Notes: generated by a model from the sequence alone, not told the origin. A stretch of 64,000 nucleotides of DNA from Candidatus Thorarchaeota archaeon (GCA_048884965.1 JBHLQH010000005.1:64001-128000); one strand, 5' to 3'; positions 30,958 through 41,361 are shown, numbered from the stretch's first letter. Made by a program: numbers and translations.

Positions 30958-32088
30958 TTGTCGATTCTGGTGCGTTTGTTGGAACCAGTTCTGTGGAGTA
31001 TAAAGTATAGACCCAAGTCTTGGGATGATTTCGTAGGTCAGAATGAACCAATAACCCAGCTTCGCAGTTACGTGAAATCCAAAACAGTTCCACACCTCAT
31101 TCTCTATGGTCCATCCGGAACAGGAAAAACAACAGCAGCGCAAATCTTTGGAAGAGAGATCTTGGGTGAAAGCTTCACATCCAACTTTAAAATGCTTAAC
31201 ATACGAGATCTCAGAGCCTATTCTTTAACAGATGCTAAGAGGAATATACAGGCTCTAGCAAAGATTGCTAGAGAGGATCGTACAGAGCTTGATGAATACA
31301 TGTCTGTCATCTACCGAGAAGCCAAAGCTGAGCTGAAGGTAAAGGGACAATCAAAGGATCCAAATCGAAGCCAATTATTGCATCAAGCTGTGAAGCTCTT
31401 TGCTTCTACATACACGGTGTCTGACGATATGGTGAAGATATTGGTCCTTGACGAGGCTGATGCCCTCGATTCAAACATGCTTCAAGCTCTTAGAAGAACG
31501 ATGGAAGTTTTCTCGGATGTCTGCCGTTTCATCCTTGTGACTCCTTCCCTTGCAGGTTGGAACCCTGCTATCGCCTCTCGATGTGTTATGGTTAGATTCA
31601 ATGCGATAAATGCATTCGATACTGAGAAACTTATTGCTGATATTTGTACAAGAGAATCTGTTAGGATAGATGAGTTTGGTATGAAAGCGTTGGTTCGAGT
31701 CACTAATGGTGACTTGCGACGAGCCTTGAATCTCCTTCAACTATGCGCTGCCGGAGGCAAGCATGTCACTGAGGACGTTGTGTTCAACTATTCTGATACG
31801 CCTTTAAGCGCGGGTGTACGGTCAATGATATCGTTGGCTCTTGATAACAAGTATCCCAAGGCCAGAGATGTCCTTCGTAGCCTATTGACCTCTGAGCAAT
31901 ACACTCCTAATGAAGTCATCCTCCAGATACAAAGAGAGATTGCAAGCCGTCCATTGAATGATATAAAGATGAAGCATATCATGGAACGAATATCAGAGAT
32001 TGACTATAGAATGACACAAGGAAAAAATCCCCACATCCATCTAACAGCACTTCTGGCATCAATAGGGAGTATTCAGGAGGAGCCCTAA
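30958..32088 (+). CDS. rfcS: Replication factor C small-subunit-like clamp-loader AAA+ with a ~55-aa insertion
   Basis: WSIKYRP, Walker A GPSGTGKTT, Walker B LDEAD, ALRRTME, ASRC, GDLRRALNLLQ. Confidence 0.85.
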   Translation: MSILVRLLEPVLWSIKYRPKSWDDFVGQNEPITQLRSYVKSKTVPHLILYGPSGTGKTTAAQIFGREILGESFTSNFKMLNIRDLRAYSLTDAKRNIQALAKIAREDRTELDEYMSVIYREAKAELKVKGQSKDPNRSQLLHQAVKLFASTYTVSDDMVKILVLDEADALDSNMLQALRRTMEVFSDVCRFILVTPSLAGWNPAIASRCVMVRFNAINAFDTEKLIADICTRESVRIDEFGMKALVRVTNGDLRRALNLLQLCAAGGKHVTEDVVFNYSDTPLSAGVRSMISLALDNKYPKARDVLRSLLTSEQYTPNEVILQIQREIASRPLNDIKMKHIMERISEIDYRMTQGKNPHIHLTALLASIGSIQEEP

Positions 32089-32372
32089 AAGAGAGGATCT
32101 ACCTCATGATTTGTGAAATCCTGTCGGCTAAGAATCATAGCTTGATTTGGCTCTAGAGATTGTGAATCGAACAAGAATTCTGCCCTTATTCTGCCCTCCA
32201 TGACCGATATCATCTCTTGCTGTTTTGCCAATGATAATATCTTTCTTACCTTTGTAGGATTCCCGTATCGCCATTGGAATGATAACGCATGCACAGCATC
32301 TTCGATTGTGATTATACTGCCATACTTTCTGAAAAGATGAGCTAGCATAAGGAGGATGTGTTTACCATTCAT
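32085..32372 (-). CDS. Small archaeal wHTH-like protein (DUF2240-like)
   Basis: F.KYG..ITIEDAVHALSFQWRY..P..VRKILSLA.QQEMI resembles the DUF2240 N-terminus, from memory of the family. Confidence 0.5.
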   Translation of the reverse strand: MNGKHILLMLAHLFRKYGSIITIEDAVHALSFQWRYGNPTKVRKILSLAKQQEMISVMEGRIRAEFLFDSQSLEPNQAMILSRQDFTNHEVDPLF

Positions 32373-32421
32373 AATCATTCTCTTCATCAAGACTCTTTAA
32401 GTACATATTCCATTTTCCTAG

Positions 32422-33381
32422 TTGAAGGCGCGAGGAATGAGAACGTACCATGGGTATTCCCTTGAAGAACTGAACGAACTAGTCAAATCTAAAATAGATT
32501 TTGATGGTGAGATTCGTTTGGATTCTACACTCCTGGAAGGATGGTCCTCGCTGAATATCCTCGGATATCATAATAATAATCCCGCATTTATATTGAAACT
32601 CCCCAAATCTTCAGAAGTACAGAATTTCGATAACATAAATTTGATTCACAACCAGCTTTCCAAGTTTGATCTTTGTCCCAGACCCCTCTATCATGGTATG
32701 TTGGATGATGATGACCTTCCTTCAATCGTTCTTGAATATATTTCAGGCAGGATGTACGATTCTCCTTTCGATATCTCTCAGGAAGATTATTGGCGACTAG
32801 GAAATGTACTTGAAAGGCTAGCAACTTTAACTATTCGAGGTATTCCGGAGTACTCTGATGCTGTCGAGCATTTGAATGCAATCACTCGACCAATGGAATT
32901 GAGGATATATGATTACGGTCGAAATCTTACTAGAGGCTTGAGTCATCTCTTTGAGGAGTTCATATCCTTGGCTGACGTTTCAAGAAACAGGCTCGAAGGC
33001 TGTAAATGGGATCCTGTTACTGTTCATGGAGATCTTTTTGAGCGAAACATTGTATTTCGAGAGGATGTAGTTATCCTTCTTGATATGGAAGAATGCTGTG
33101 TTTCCGATAGATTCTATGATCGAGCATATCTATTTGCTCAATCATATACAGAAAAAGCCCTTTCTGAGGAAGATCCAATCCGAACAGTCTGTCCAAGAGA
33201 CCACTGGCTGAATCTTGAGATATTAGCTCTTTGTAGTGTGATTACATGGAGCCTGCAAAGATTACTTGATTTAGAATTAGGACTGATAGAACTGAATCTA
33301 TCACAGTTTGTTCCAGATGATTTGGTGAAAGAATATGTTAGGGAAAAGATAGGCGTACTATCTTCCCTTTTAGAACGTTGA
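32422..33381 (+). CDS. Aminoglycoside phosphotransferase/choline kinase family protein
   Basis: ILKLP, LEYISG, VHGDLFERNI, LLDME, DRFYDRA. Confidence 0.8.
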   Translation: MKARGMRTYHGYSLEELNELVKSKIDFDGEIRLDSTLLEGWSSLNILGYHNNNPAFILKLPKSSEVQNFDNINLIHNQLSKFDLCPRPLYHGMLDDDDLPSIVLEYISGRMYDSPFDISQEDYWRLGNVLERLATLTIRGIPEYSDAVEHLNAITRPMELRIYDYGRNLTRGLSHLFEEFISLADVSRNRLEGCKWDPVTVHGDLFERNIVFREDVVILLDMEECCVSDRFYDRAYLFAQSYTEKALSEEDPIRTVCPRDHWLNLEILALCSVITWSLQRLLDLELGLIELNLSQFVPDDLVKEYVREKIGVLSSLLER

Positions 33382-33393
33382 ATGTCCTGATAA

Positions 33394-33636
33394 TCATCTA
33401 CTAAGCAACGATTCGATTTCTTTTTGCTCTACACGAATCTCATTACCTTCAAGAATTAGCTGAACCAACCGCCTTTGGTATTCATCTTCAGAAATTCGTC
33501 CTCTGGTTCTATTCTCATCCAGCTCAAATCTTCTATCTCGAATCTGCATGAATGCTTTGTCCAATGCTGCCTGCCTTATCCTTAGTAGCATCGGATTTTG
33601 CATGGTCGAATGCTCCCGGCTATCTATTTCAACCAT
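33394..33636 (-). CDS. Small coiled-coil protein
   Basis: 80-aa helical ORF (GRISEDEYQRR) that fills the intergenic gap. Confidence 0.6.
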   Translation of the reverse strand: MVEIDSREHSTMQNPMLLRIRQAALDKAFMQIRDRRFELDENRTRGRISEDEYQRRLVQLILEGNEIRVEQKEIESLLSR

Positions 33637-33782
33637 AATCTACAGCTCCAATATTATTATCAGATGATATTATTAGATAATATAACCTCATATAAATGAA
33701 GTGGGGGCGTTCACTTTCTATTGTGAAAGCTCAGTGGCAATACATTATTCAGTACTTTTTTCATGATTTAAGGGGGTTTAAT

Positions 33783-34616
33783 TTGAGTCTTGACGATATG
33801 TTAGCCAAAGGACGTGAACTCTACAAGACCGGTATAGATATCATCGATACAGAGGTTCCTGAGGGTTTCCCAAAGAACGCTTTTGGAGTTATACGTGGTC
33901 CGGGCGGTGGTGGCAAATCGGTTCTGTTGAATCAAATGGCAAGATATGCAATGAATTCGGGTAAGAAAGCGATCTATGTATGTTTTGAAGACACTCCACT
34001 TTCCGTTCTTCAAAACTTATGCTATTTAGGATCAGATCACAAGAAGATACTCAGTTCTGGAATGATTCATCTAATTGATTGCTTTTCGAGTCAAATTCTA
34101 AGAAAGACCTCCAAGTTTGAGCATACTACTCTTGTTAGAGACCCAACTGAACCAGATCAGATTAGTGATGCCATTCATAGTTTAATCATGGAAAATGGCA
34201 AGTCTGAGTTTGGAGGTATCTTCGTGGACAGCATTACTGAACTATTCTTACAATCTCACCCATTCAAGGCAGTAAATGCGGTCAAGGCTTGGCGAGCGAC
34301 GTTCTGCAAAGATCTTTACATTCCCTGTTGGGCAACATATCATACTGGTCTTCAGCAGTTTGCAGCATATGATGATATGATTACCTATAGCAGCGATATC
34401 ATAGTTGATACACGTCACGAGCCTGTCTTCGAAGGAGCTGGTGTTCTGATTAAGCAGTTCCGGGTCACTAAAGTGAAAGGAGCACCGCATAATCCCATGT
34501 GGGTAACATTCGAAGTCGATCAGCAAGGAATACGCAAATTAACTCTGGATGAGCTGCGCGCAATTGCTCGGAAAATTTCGACCTATGAAGCCGGAAGTCC
34601 GAAAGATAAGAAGTAG
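33783..34616 (+). CDS. KaiC/RAD55-family RecA-superfamily ATPase
   Basis: KTGIDIID, Walker A GPGGGGKS, YVCFED, Walker B IFVDSIT, FRVTKVKG. Confidence 0.85.
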   Translation: MSLDDMLAKGRELYKTGIDIIDTEVPEGFPKNAFGVIRGPGGGGKSVLLNQMARYAMNSGKKAIYVCFEDTPLSVLQNLCYLGSDHKKILSSGMIHLIDCFSSQILRKTSKFEHTTLVRDPTEPDQISDAIHSLIMENGKSEFGGIFVDSITELFLQSHPFKAVNAVKAWRATFCKDLYIPCWATYHTGLQQFAAYDDMITYSSDIIVDTRHEPVFEGAGVLIKQFRVTKVKGAPHNPMWVTFEVDQQGIRKLTLDELRAIARKISTYEAGSPKDKK

Positions 34617-34618
34617 TC

Positions 34619-36322
34619 CTAGAAGAAACTCTCAGGATTCTTTCTCCAGATTTCCTCATCCTCTGAGGCGATCACATATTGATATCCTTGTTCTGTTAGG
34701 AAGAGTTGTCGCTTGGCAGCAAAGTCCATGTCTCTAGTGTCTTTGGTGATGATTGAGTAGAATCTAGCAAAGCTACCATCTGACTTAGGACGTAGGATTC
34801 TTCCCAGTCGTTGCGCTTCTTCCTGTCGAGAACCAAAAGTTCCAGATACTTGAATTGCAACATTCGCATCAGGTAAATCAAGAGCAAAGTTCGCTACTTT
34901 GGATACAACAAGAATCTTCTCTTTTCCCTCTCGAAATGCCTCGTAGAGCGTTTGTCTATCCTCGTTGGTGGTCTTGCCAGTTATGAGTGGAGCTTGGATT
35001 TCATCCGCTATTATTTTCAATTGGTCCAGATACATACCAATGACCAAGACATTGTCCTCTTTGTGATACTCGATCAAATCCTTGATTAGCTTGACCTTGA
35101 TGGGATTCTCTGCGGCAATTCTATACTTCTTCCTATCCTCCGCCAGTGCATATTTTCTACGCATCTTATCAGGGAGATCTATTCGTATCTCGTAGCAAAT
35201 CGCAGTGGCAATCCAACCTTGGTCTTCAAGCTGTTTCCATGGCATGTCATATCGTTTGGGACCGATGAGACTGAAGACATCTTCTTCTCTCTCATCTTCT
35301 CTGACCAATGTTGCTGTGAGACCTAACCTTCGGGTCGCTTGAATGGCAGCTGTGACCCTGAAAACAGGTGCTGGAAGCAAGTGAACCTCATCGTAGATGA
35401 TTAAGCCCCAATTCCGTGCATCAAAGAGGTGAAAGTGCTCAAATTCATCCTCCCTTGATCTCCGCCATGTCAGTATTTGATATGTTGCAACTGTTACAGG
35501 TCGTATCTCTTTGTCTTCTCCTGTATACTCTCCTATTTGGTCGGCAGTCAGGGTTGTCTTATCAAGGAGTTCTTTTATCCACTGGCGTACAGCAACAACA
35601 TTCGGACAAAGGATAATGGTTGAAGTCTGGAGTTCCTTCATGGCTCCAATCCCGACCATGGTCTTGCCAGCACCACAAGGTAGAACGATGACGCCTGAAC
35701 CTCCTCTTACTCCACCACCTGCATGGAAAGTCGCGACTGCGTCCATCTGGTACTTTCTAAGTCCAAAGTGTTTGCCATCTAGGGTAGTATCTCTAAGAGA
35801 GAAATGTAGGGTTTCACCTTCGGCATACCCTGCAAGATCCTCTACCGGATGTCCAATTTCTAATAGTGCGTGTTTGAGATTGCCACGGTTAATTGGGTCA
35901 ACAAGAAAGGTCGTTTCATCGACTATCTCAACGAGGAATTCCCTGGCCTTCTTACTCTGCCAAATCTCTGTGGCCAAATCCTCATCAGTACATTGAAGGA
36001 GCATATCCTCCCCTTCCGAGAATAGTGTAATCTGACCATAGCGGCTCATATACTCAATGATTTCTCTTGAGATATTACCAGGAATAGGATACTTTGCATA
36101 ATCCTCTAGTGCATCGACTACTTCTCGAGCACTCATACCCATCGCAGCCGCATTCCAAAGACTGAGTGGTGTTACGCGATAGGTGTGCACATATTCTGGG
36201 GACTTGACTAGCTCTGCGAAGCGAGCAAGAGAATCTCTCGCTTCCTCATATTTTGGATTATCTACTTCTAGCAGAACTGATTTGTCAGATTGAACTATTA
36301 GTGGATTCATTGGATTCGGCAT
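34619..36322 (-). CDS. xpb: XPB/Ssl2 (ERCC3) SF2 helicase with an N-terminal Helicase_C_3 domain (bacterial/eukaryote architecture)
   Basis: PLIVQSDKSVLLEV...FAELVKSPEYVHTYRVTPLSLWNA, Walker A LPCGAGKT, DEVH, GLTATLVRED (RED motif), FGSRQEEAQRLGRILRPK. Confidence 0.93.
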   Translation of the reverse strand: MPNPMNPLIVQSDKSVLLEVDNPKYEEARDSLARFAELVKSPEYVHTYRVTPLSLWNAAAMGMSAREVVDALEDYAKYPIPGNISREIIEYMSRYGQITLFSEGEDMLLQCTDEDLATEIWQSKKAREFLVEIVDETTFLVDPINRGNLKHALLEIGHPVEDLAGYAEGETLHFSLRDTTLDGKHFGLRKYQMDAVATFHAGGGVRGGSGVIVLPCGAGKTMVGIGAMKELQTSTIILCPNVVAVRQWIKELLDKTTLTADQIGEYTGEDKEIRPVTVATYQILTWRRSREDEFEHFHLFDARNWGLIIYDEVHLLPAPVFRVTAAIQATRRLGLTATLVREDEREEDVFSLIGPKRYDMPWKQLEDQGWIATAICYEIRIDLPDKMRRKYALAEDRKKYRIAAENPIKVKLIKDLIEYHKEDNVLVIGMYLDQLKIIADEIQAPLITGKTTNEDRQTLYEAFREGKEKILVVSKVANFALDLPDANVAIQVSGTFGSRQEEAQRLGRILRPKSDGSFARFYSIITKDTRDMDFAAKRQLFLTEQGYQYVIASEDEEIWRKNPESFF

Positions 36323-36537
36323 GCGATAGTCCTCTAGTGGTACTTCATTTATTCCCAGAATGTGTTCCTAACTTCAAGCGGGAAATCGCGGTTACGCGAG
36401 ATTGTTCAGTGATAAATCCTTCCGTTTGGTCATAGGCATCATTACCAGCTAAGTTTTTTTGTTCATATGCACATAGTTTGACTTATAACCTAGGAAGGGT
36501 TGCAAAACGTAACCGCTTACTCTGGAAGGTCTATACC

Positions 36538-37152
36538 GTGGAGACGAAACAGTTCATAATGGTCGTTCTGGTATTGAGCCTCGTAGTAGTTGGTATAACA
36601 GGAGCTACACTCTTTATGCCTCCTCCTGTTGATAATCCAACAGATACAACAACTACCTCGGACTCAACAACGACTACAACAACTGATGATGGGGTTCCTG
36701 ATATAATATTCAGGGATCAAGACTTGTTGCCTTTCAACATTGCTGTTCCGGATTGGGTATTTCCGATGGTTGATTCTGGTAACTACTCGATCTCAGATGC
36801 TTATGGTCAGTTCCTGATTCTCGAGTTCTTTGCAACTTGGTGTAGTGCATGTGAGTATCAGAATGCAGACAACGTAAAGATCTACGAAGCATTCCCCGAA
36901 GAAGAACTTGAATTCCTGCAGGTAACAACTGCATTGGGTGACTCACCTCAAATGCTAAGGGACTATATTACCGAGCATGGGCTTCTATGGGACCTTGGAT
37001 ATGCAACTGATGGCATTGCTGATGAATTTCTGAATATCCGATATATCCCAACTTTAGTCCTGATTGATCAAACTGGCACTCTCAGGTGGATTCACGAAGG
37101 AACTTGGAGATTCACTGATTTCAATGCTACAATTGTAGAACTCATGGGCTAA
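36538..37152 (+). CDS. Membrane-anchored TlpA/ResA-like thioredoxin
   Basis: N-terminal TM helix, Thr-rich linker, EFFATWCSAC, and cis-Pro IPTLVLID. Confidence 0.85.
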   Translation: METKQFIMVVLVLSLVVVGITGATLFMPPPVDNPTDTTTTSDSTTTTTTDDGVPDIIFRDQDLLPFNIAVPDWVFPMVDSGNYSISDAYGQFLILEFFATWCSACEYQNADNVKIYEAFPEEELEFLQVTTALGDSPQMLRDYITEHGLLWDLGYATDGIADEFLNIRYIPTLVLIDQTGTLRWIHEGTWRFTDFNATIVELMG

Positions 37153-37170
37153 GGGATTGAGAAAACACAC

Positions 37171-37866
37171 ATGTTACTCCAATTGTTTGTTGAGGTAGTC
37201 GTAGAGCTTGGAGCTGCTTTTGCAGCCGGACTGTACGTAGCTACCTCTCCATGTCTATTTCCGCTTTTGCCTCTATTCCTCATCAGAAATCTGCAATCTG
37301 AAGATAGTCGAAAAAAGAGCATCATGGTGACGGGAGTCCTTATCTTAGGGATCTTGGCATCGTTGGCGATCTTCGCAGTCATTTCAACATTTGTTGGTAT
37401 GTTCTTCATACTATACTATACCTATATTCAAGCAATTCTTGGTGCTGTTATCGCTTTCTTGGGCGTTGTGACTTTATCCCACACGCTCCGTGAGAAGCTT
37501 AGACTCACAAGGCTGAGTATGAGGGACCCTGGAAAGCCAACAACCCTTGTTGGAGTGTTCATCGTAGGTTTTTCATATGCGCTTCTCGCCGCTCCTTGTA
37601 CAGCTCCAGTTGTCATCTTTGGATTACCGCTACTCTTTGGCTTTCAAACTAACATCTTCATGTGGTTGGCTTTGTTCGCTCTACTGGCAATTGGAGTAGC
37701 AATTCCATACTTGGCAATTGCACTAGTGACAGGAGAAGCGAGGGATAGGATGGCTAGTAGAATTGCTAATTCTGCTAGAACAATTGAGATTCTTGTTGGA
37801 ATCCTGTTGATAGCATTGGGAGTCTGGCTAATGCTACCGTGGATTCTGAGTTTGGTTGTAGTCTAG
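37171..37866 (+). CDS. ccdA: CcdA/DsbD-beta transmembrane electron transporter
   Basis: SPCLFPLLP and APCTAP in a 6-TM protein next to the TlpA-like gene. Confidence 0.85.
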   Translation: MLLQLFVEVVVELGAAFAAGLYVATSPCLFPLLPLFLIRNLQSEDSRKKSIMVTGVLILGILASLAIFAVISTFVGMFFILYYTYIQAILGAVIAFLGVVTLSHTLREKLRLTRLSMRDPGKPTTLVGVFIVGFSYALLAAPCTAPVVIFGLPLLFGFQTNIFMWLALFALLAIGVAIPYLAIALVTGEARDRMASRIANSARTIEILVGILLIALGVWLMLPWILSLVVV

Positions 37867-37929
37867 GCTTAGACTACTTCCTACTCTTTTTTCATAGCCT
37901 TTATCCTCACCTATATATCCCAGATATAT

Positions 37930-39345
37930 TTGCCAACTTCCGAATTACTCATGGAAATTAGTAAGAGTACCATCAAGCGTGATCGGCTCTATACAAATCC
38001 ACGGGTAATGATATTAGCAATAGATGCGATGCTGATAATGCTAGGCTTTGGTATTGTGGCTCCTTCTATGGCATTCTATCTCATAGCCCTTGAAGGCGGT
38101 TTGACGCAAGCTCCAGGTCCAAATTACATCGTACCCGATACCGTAGTGGCTGAGTTCTCAGTCGTTCTTGGTGTCATGATGGCATCGTTTATGGGAACAC
38201 GAACTCTATTGGCGCGATATTTCGGTGGTTTCTCTGATGATCATGGTCGAAAACCAATACTCATGACGGGTCTCCTCGGGTATGTTTTCCTTCTAGTGTT
38301 CTTTGGGTTAGCACAGAACTGGATTCATCTTCTCATCGTAAGAGCGATGCAGGGTGTGGTTTCTGCAATGGTTTGGCCTGTTGCAGAAGCAGCGCTAATG
38401 GATATAGTTGGATTGGAACGCAGGGGTGAGGGCCTTGGTCTCTACATGATGGTTTCAAATGTAGGATTTGTCCTTGGCCCTGGCCTAGGTGGAATTCTTT
38501 ACAACCTTTGCCGAGACGTCCTCCTTCTACCTGTTCCAGATGTTTTTAGAGTGCCATACTATATTGGAGCTCTAATTGTCTTGCCAGCTACCATATTGAC
38601 AGGAATTATTCTAAGAGAAACAGCTCCTGGGAAACTAAATCAGGAGATTACTTCAACTGAAGCTGAAGGAGATACAATTGAGATACCTAGCTCAGCAAAT
38701 ACTCGGATGACTCCCAAGCGAAAGAGGATGATTCAAGTTCTCTATGTTATGGCGCTAACGAATGGGTTTGCCATGGGTTTGGGACAGCCGCTGTTTCAGC
38801 TTTTCTTGATGAGTCATATTACCAGTGATATCGGTTTGATCGGATTGATTATATCTGGAGCGGGTGCAATAGGGATGCTCTTCTCAATTCCTGCTGGTAG
38901 AGTTGCTGACCGACACGGTAGAAAGGGTCTTGCGGTTTGGGGTGCTGTAGGAAGCAGAGTAAGCTTGTCTGCATTGCCGCTTACCGGAACCATTCTGCAG
39001 ACTAGTCTAGTATGGATTGGCCAGAGTGCTTCGATGGCGATATCACAACCTGCTCAAAGAGCTATTCAAGCTGATTTAGTCCCATGGGAGTTACGTGGAA
39101 AGCTATTTGGTACAATTCAGGCATTCTTCAATGCTGGGGCTACTATAGGTCCAATAGCTGGAGGTGCATTATACGCCTTCTTTTCTCTCCTCACATTTCA
39201 GATTGGCTCCGTTCTGCTAGGCGGATATGTTATCCCCTTCTGGATGGCTGCTATAATAGGGATAATAGGTGCAATTCTCCTGTGGCTCTATGTTGAAGAG
39301 ACCCATCCTGCCAGTTGTCCTACAACATTGGACTCCGATGAGTGA
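37930..39345 (+). CDS. MFS transporter
   Basis: About 12 TM segments, motif A GGFSDDHGRKP and GRVADRHGRK. Confidence 0.9.
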   Translation: MPTSELLMEISKSTIKRDRLYTNPRVMILAIDAMLIMLGFGIVAPSMAFYLIALEGGLTQAPGPNYIVPDTVVAEFSVVLGVMMASFMGTRTLLARYFGGFSDDHGRKPILMTGLLGYVFLLVFFGLAQNWIHLLIVRAMQGVVSAMVWPVAEAALMDIVGLERRGEGLGLYMMVSNVGFVLGPGLGGILYNLCRDVLLLPVPDVFRVPYYIGALIVLPATILTGIILRETAPGKLNQEITSTEAEGDTIEIPSSANTRMTPKRKRMIQVLYVMALTNGFAMGLGQPLFQLFLMSHITSDIGLIGLIISGAGAIGMLFSIPAGRVADRHGRKGLAVWGAVGSRVSLSALPLTGTILQTSLVWIGQSASMAISQPAQRAIQADLVPWELRGKLFGTIQAFFNAGATIGPIAGGALYAFFSLLTFQIGSVLLGGYVIPFWMAAIIGIIGAILLWLYVEETHPASCPTTLDSDE

Positions 39346-39736
39346 GCTCTCGTGTTCATTGGCGTCGACCGTATCGCTTAAATACGAAAACTTCAGATTC
39401 GCTCGATAGTAAGTAGATTACTAATGACAGTTTGGAGGTGCAGTATCTTTATGCGATCGATAAGAACAGAAGAGGTTTTCACAGGCAACTGCACAGGAAC
39501 TGTCGGAAAATTCTAGTTTTCCAGTCTTTCTTTGTGTGCGATGGTCATTCAACACGTCGTGACTTGATACTCTAGAAAGGGCAGTCTTGTTTGGCAGTTG
39601 GCTAGTTCTCTTAACGAATTATTGTGTGCTTTGGACTTAAGGCGTGTATTATTGCTCGATCAAAGAGTGTGGAACAAAAGTTGCAAAAAAACAAGAAACG
39701 AAGACACCCGAGCCTCATTAGAAGTAGGTGTTGAGG

Positions 39737-40537
39737 ATGGGTGTCGTAGAGAAATTCAATCCCCTCAAAGGCAGTGCCCTATCACGGAAAAGGGAGAACA
39801 CTACCGATGGAAAATGGGGGAAGAAGGTCGAAATAAATGAGATCAACTTAGAGGATGTCAGGACTGATGCGATTGCATTCGGACTTGCAACTGATGTGCT
39901 CTACCAGATGAAGGCCGGGAAGGAAGCATCGATCTTTCTTGCAGAATGGAAAGGACATCCGATTATCCTGAAGGCATATCGATTCTGGCAGACTGCTCAG
40001 GCTCGCAAAGGTAAGGGTGTTTATGCGCCAACGAAGATGGAAGGCCTTGCATCAAAAGAATACGAGCTTCTGTTACTCTGCTTCACAAAAGGAATGAATG
40101 TTCCTACACCAATTGGTCGGGTAGGGAATTTCATTACTATGAGGCTAATTGGTGATGGTAAAGAACCTGCTTCACAACTACGAGATGTGCGCCTGGAGAA
40201 TCCTGAAGAATCTCTTGATCTAATACTCGATCAATATCTAGTCATGTATCGTGATGCACATTTTGTGCACGGCGATCTAAGTGCGTACAATGTCCTATGG
40301 TGGAAAGACAAACCGTGGCTAATCGATATGCCTCAAGCGATTCACGTAGGACCTTGGGCTGACATGAAGGCTGCAGTGTCGCTGCTTCATCGCGACATCA
40401 CAAACCTTCTCTTGTATTTCAAGCGATACTACGATGTGCGACGAGATCTGGAGCAGATTTTGGGTATCTTCCTGTCAGAATATGTTCCTGAGAATTTGAG
40501 GAACTACGATGAAGATGTTGGAGTGTGGATACGATGA
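39737..40537 (+). CDS. RIO1-family atypical Ser/Thr kinase (copy 1)
   Basis: GKEASIF, ILKAYR, VPTP, HGDLSAYNVL, IDMPQA, RDITN. Confidence 0.9.
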   Translation: MGVVEKFNPLKGSALSRKRENTTDGKWGKKVEINEINLEDVRTDAIAFGLATDVLYQMKAGKEASIFLAEWKGHPIILKAYRFWQTAQARKGKGVYAPTKMEGLASKEYELLLLCFTKGMNVPTPIGRVGNFITMRLIGDGKEPASQLRDVRLENPEESLDLILDQYLVMYRDAHFVHGDLSAYNVLWWKDKPWLIDMPQAIHVGPWADMKAAVSLLHRDITNLLLYFKRYYDVRRDLEQILGIFLSEYVPENLRNYDEDVGVWIR

Positions 40538-41361
40538 GTAGGGTCGAGAAGCATAATCCCTTGAAGTCGGGAGCCATAACTCGAAAGCGCGATGACATGA
40601 AAGGTGATGGAGGAAAGGTCGATATTCCCGAAATCACCTTTGAATCTGTTAGAGCGGATGCAATAAACTTTGGATTGGCAACAGATGTCCTGTATCAGAT
40701 GAATGCCGGAAAAGAAGCATCGATATTCTGTGCAGTCTGGAAGGAGCATCCAATCATTCTCAAAGCATATCGCTTCTGGCAATCATCCCACCAGCTTTCG
40801 AAGAAGAGAGGTTTTGTTGCTGCTGGTACTAGTAAACGAACCTACTGCATCTTGGGCATGATGGAGAACTTTGCAGTAATCGAGTATGATCTGTTGATGC
40901 GATGCTTCAAGGCAGGAGTACATGTGCCAACTCCCATTGGTCGAGTAGGTAACTATCTGACCATGCGATTCATCGGTGATAACACTGAACCAGCTCCCCA
41001 ATTGAAGGATGTGGAGCTGGAGAACCCTGAGATTGCCTTAGATCAGATCTTGGACGATTATCTCATAATGTATCGGGATGTACACTATGTTCATGGTGAT
41101 TTGAGCCGCTATAATATACTATGGTGGCAGAATCGACCATGGATCATCGATGTTCCGCAGGCATACGAGGTAGGTGTACATTGTGACATGCTGAAAGCTG
41201 AGAATCTTCTCAGGAGGGATATCAAGAATGTACTCAGTTATTTCGAAATCTATGGTATCTATAGAGACGTTGAACAAATACTAAGCGTGTTCCTGAGCGA
41301 ATACATACCGAAGAATCTCAGGAACTATCGCGAACTCGTTGAAGGAGGTGAGCTACTATGA
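40534..41361 (+). CDS. RIO1-family atypical Ser/Thr kinase (copy 2)
   Basis: GKEASIF, HGDLSRYNIL, IDVPQA. ATGA overlap with copy 1. Confidence 0.9.
   Translation: MSRVEKHNPLKSGAITRKRDDMKGDGGKVDIPEITFESVRADAINFGLATDVLYQMNAGKEASIFCAVWKEHPIILKAYRFWQSSHQLSKKRGFVAAGTSKRTYCILGMMENFAVIEYDLLMRCFKAGVHVPTPIGRVGNYLTMRFIGDNTEPAPQLKDVELENPEIALDQILDDYLIMYRDVHYVHGDLSRYNILWWQNRPWIIDVPQAYEVGVHCDMLKAENLLRRDIKNVLSYFEIYGIYRDVEQILSVFLSEYIPKNLRNYRELVEGGELL

Noticed and set aside
31190-31410. Intein in the RFC subunit
   Set aside because: The insert is too short and lacks the N-terminal C/S and C-terminal HN motifs.
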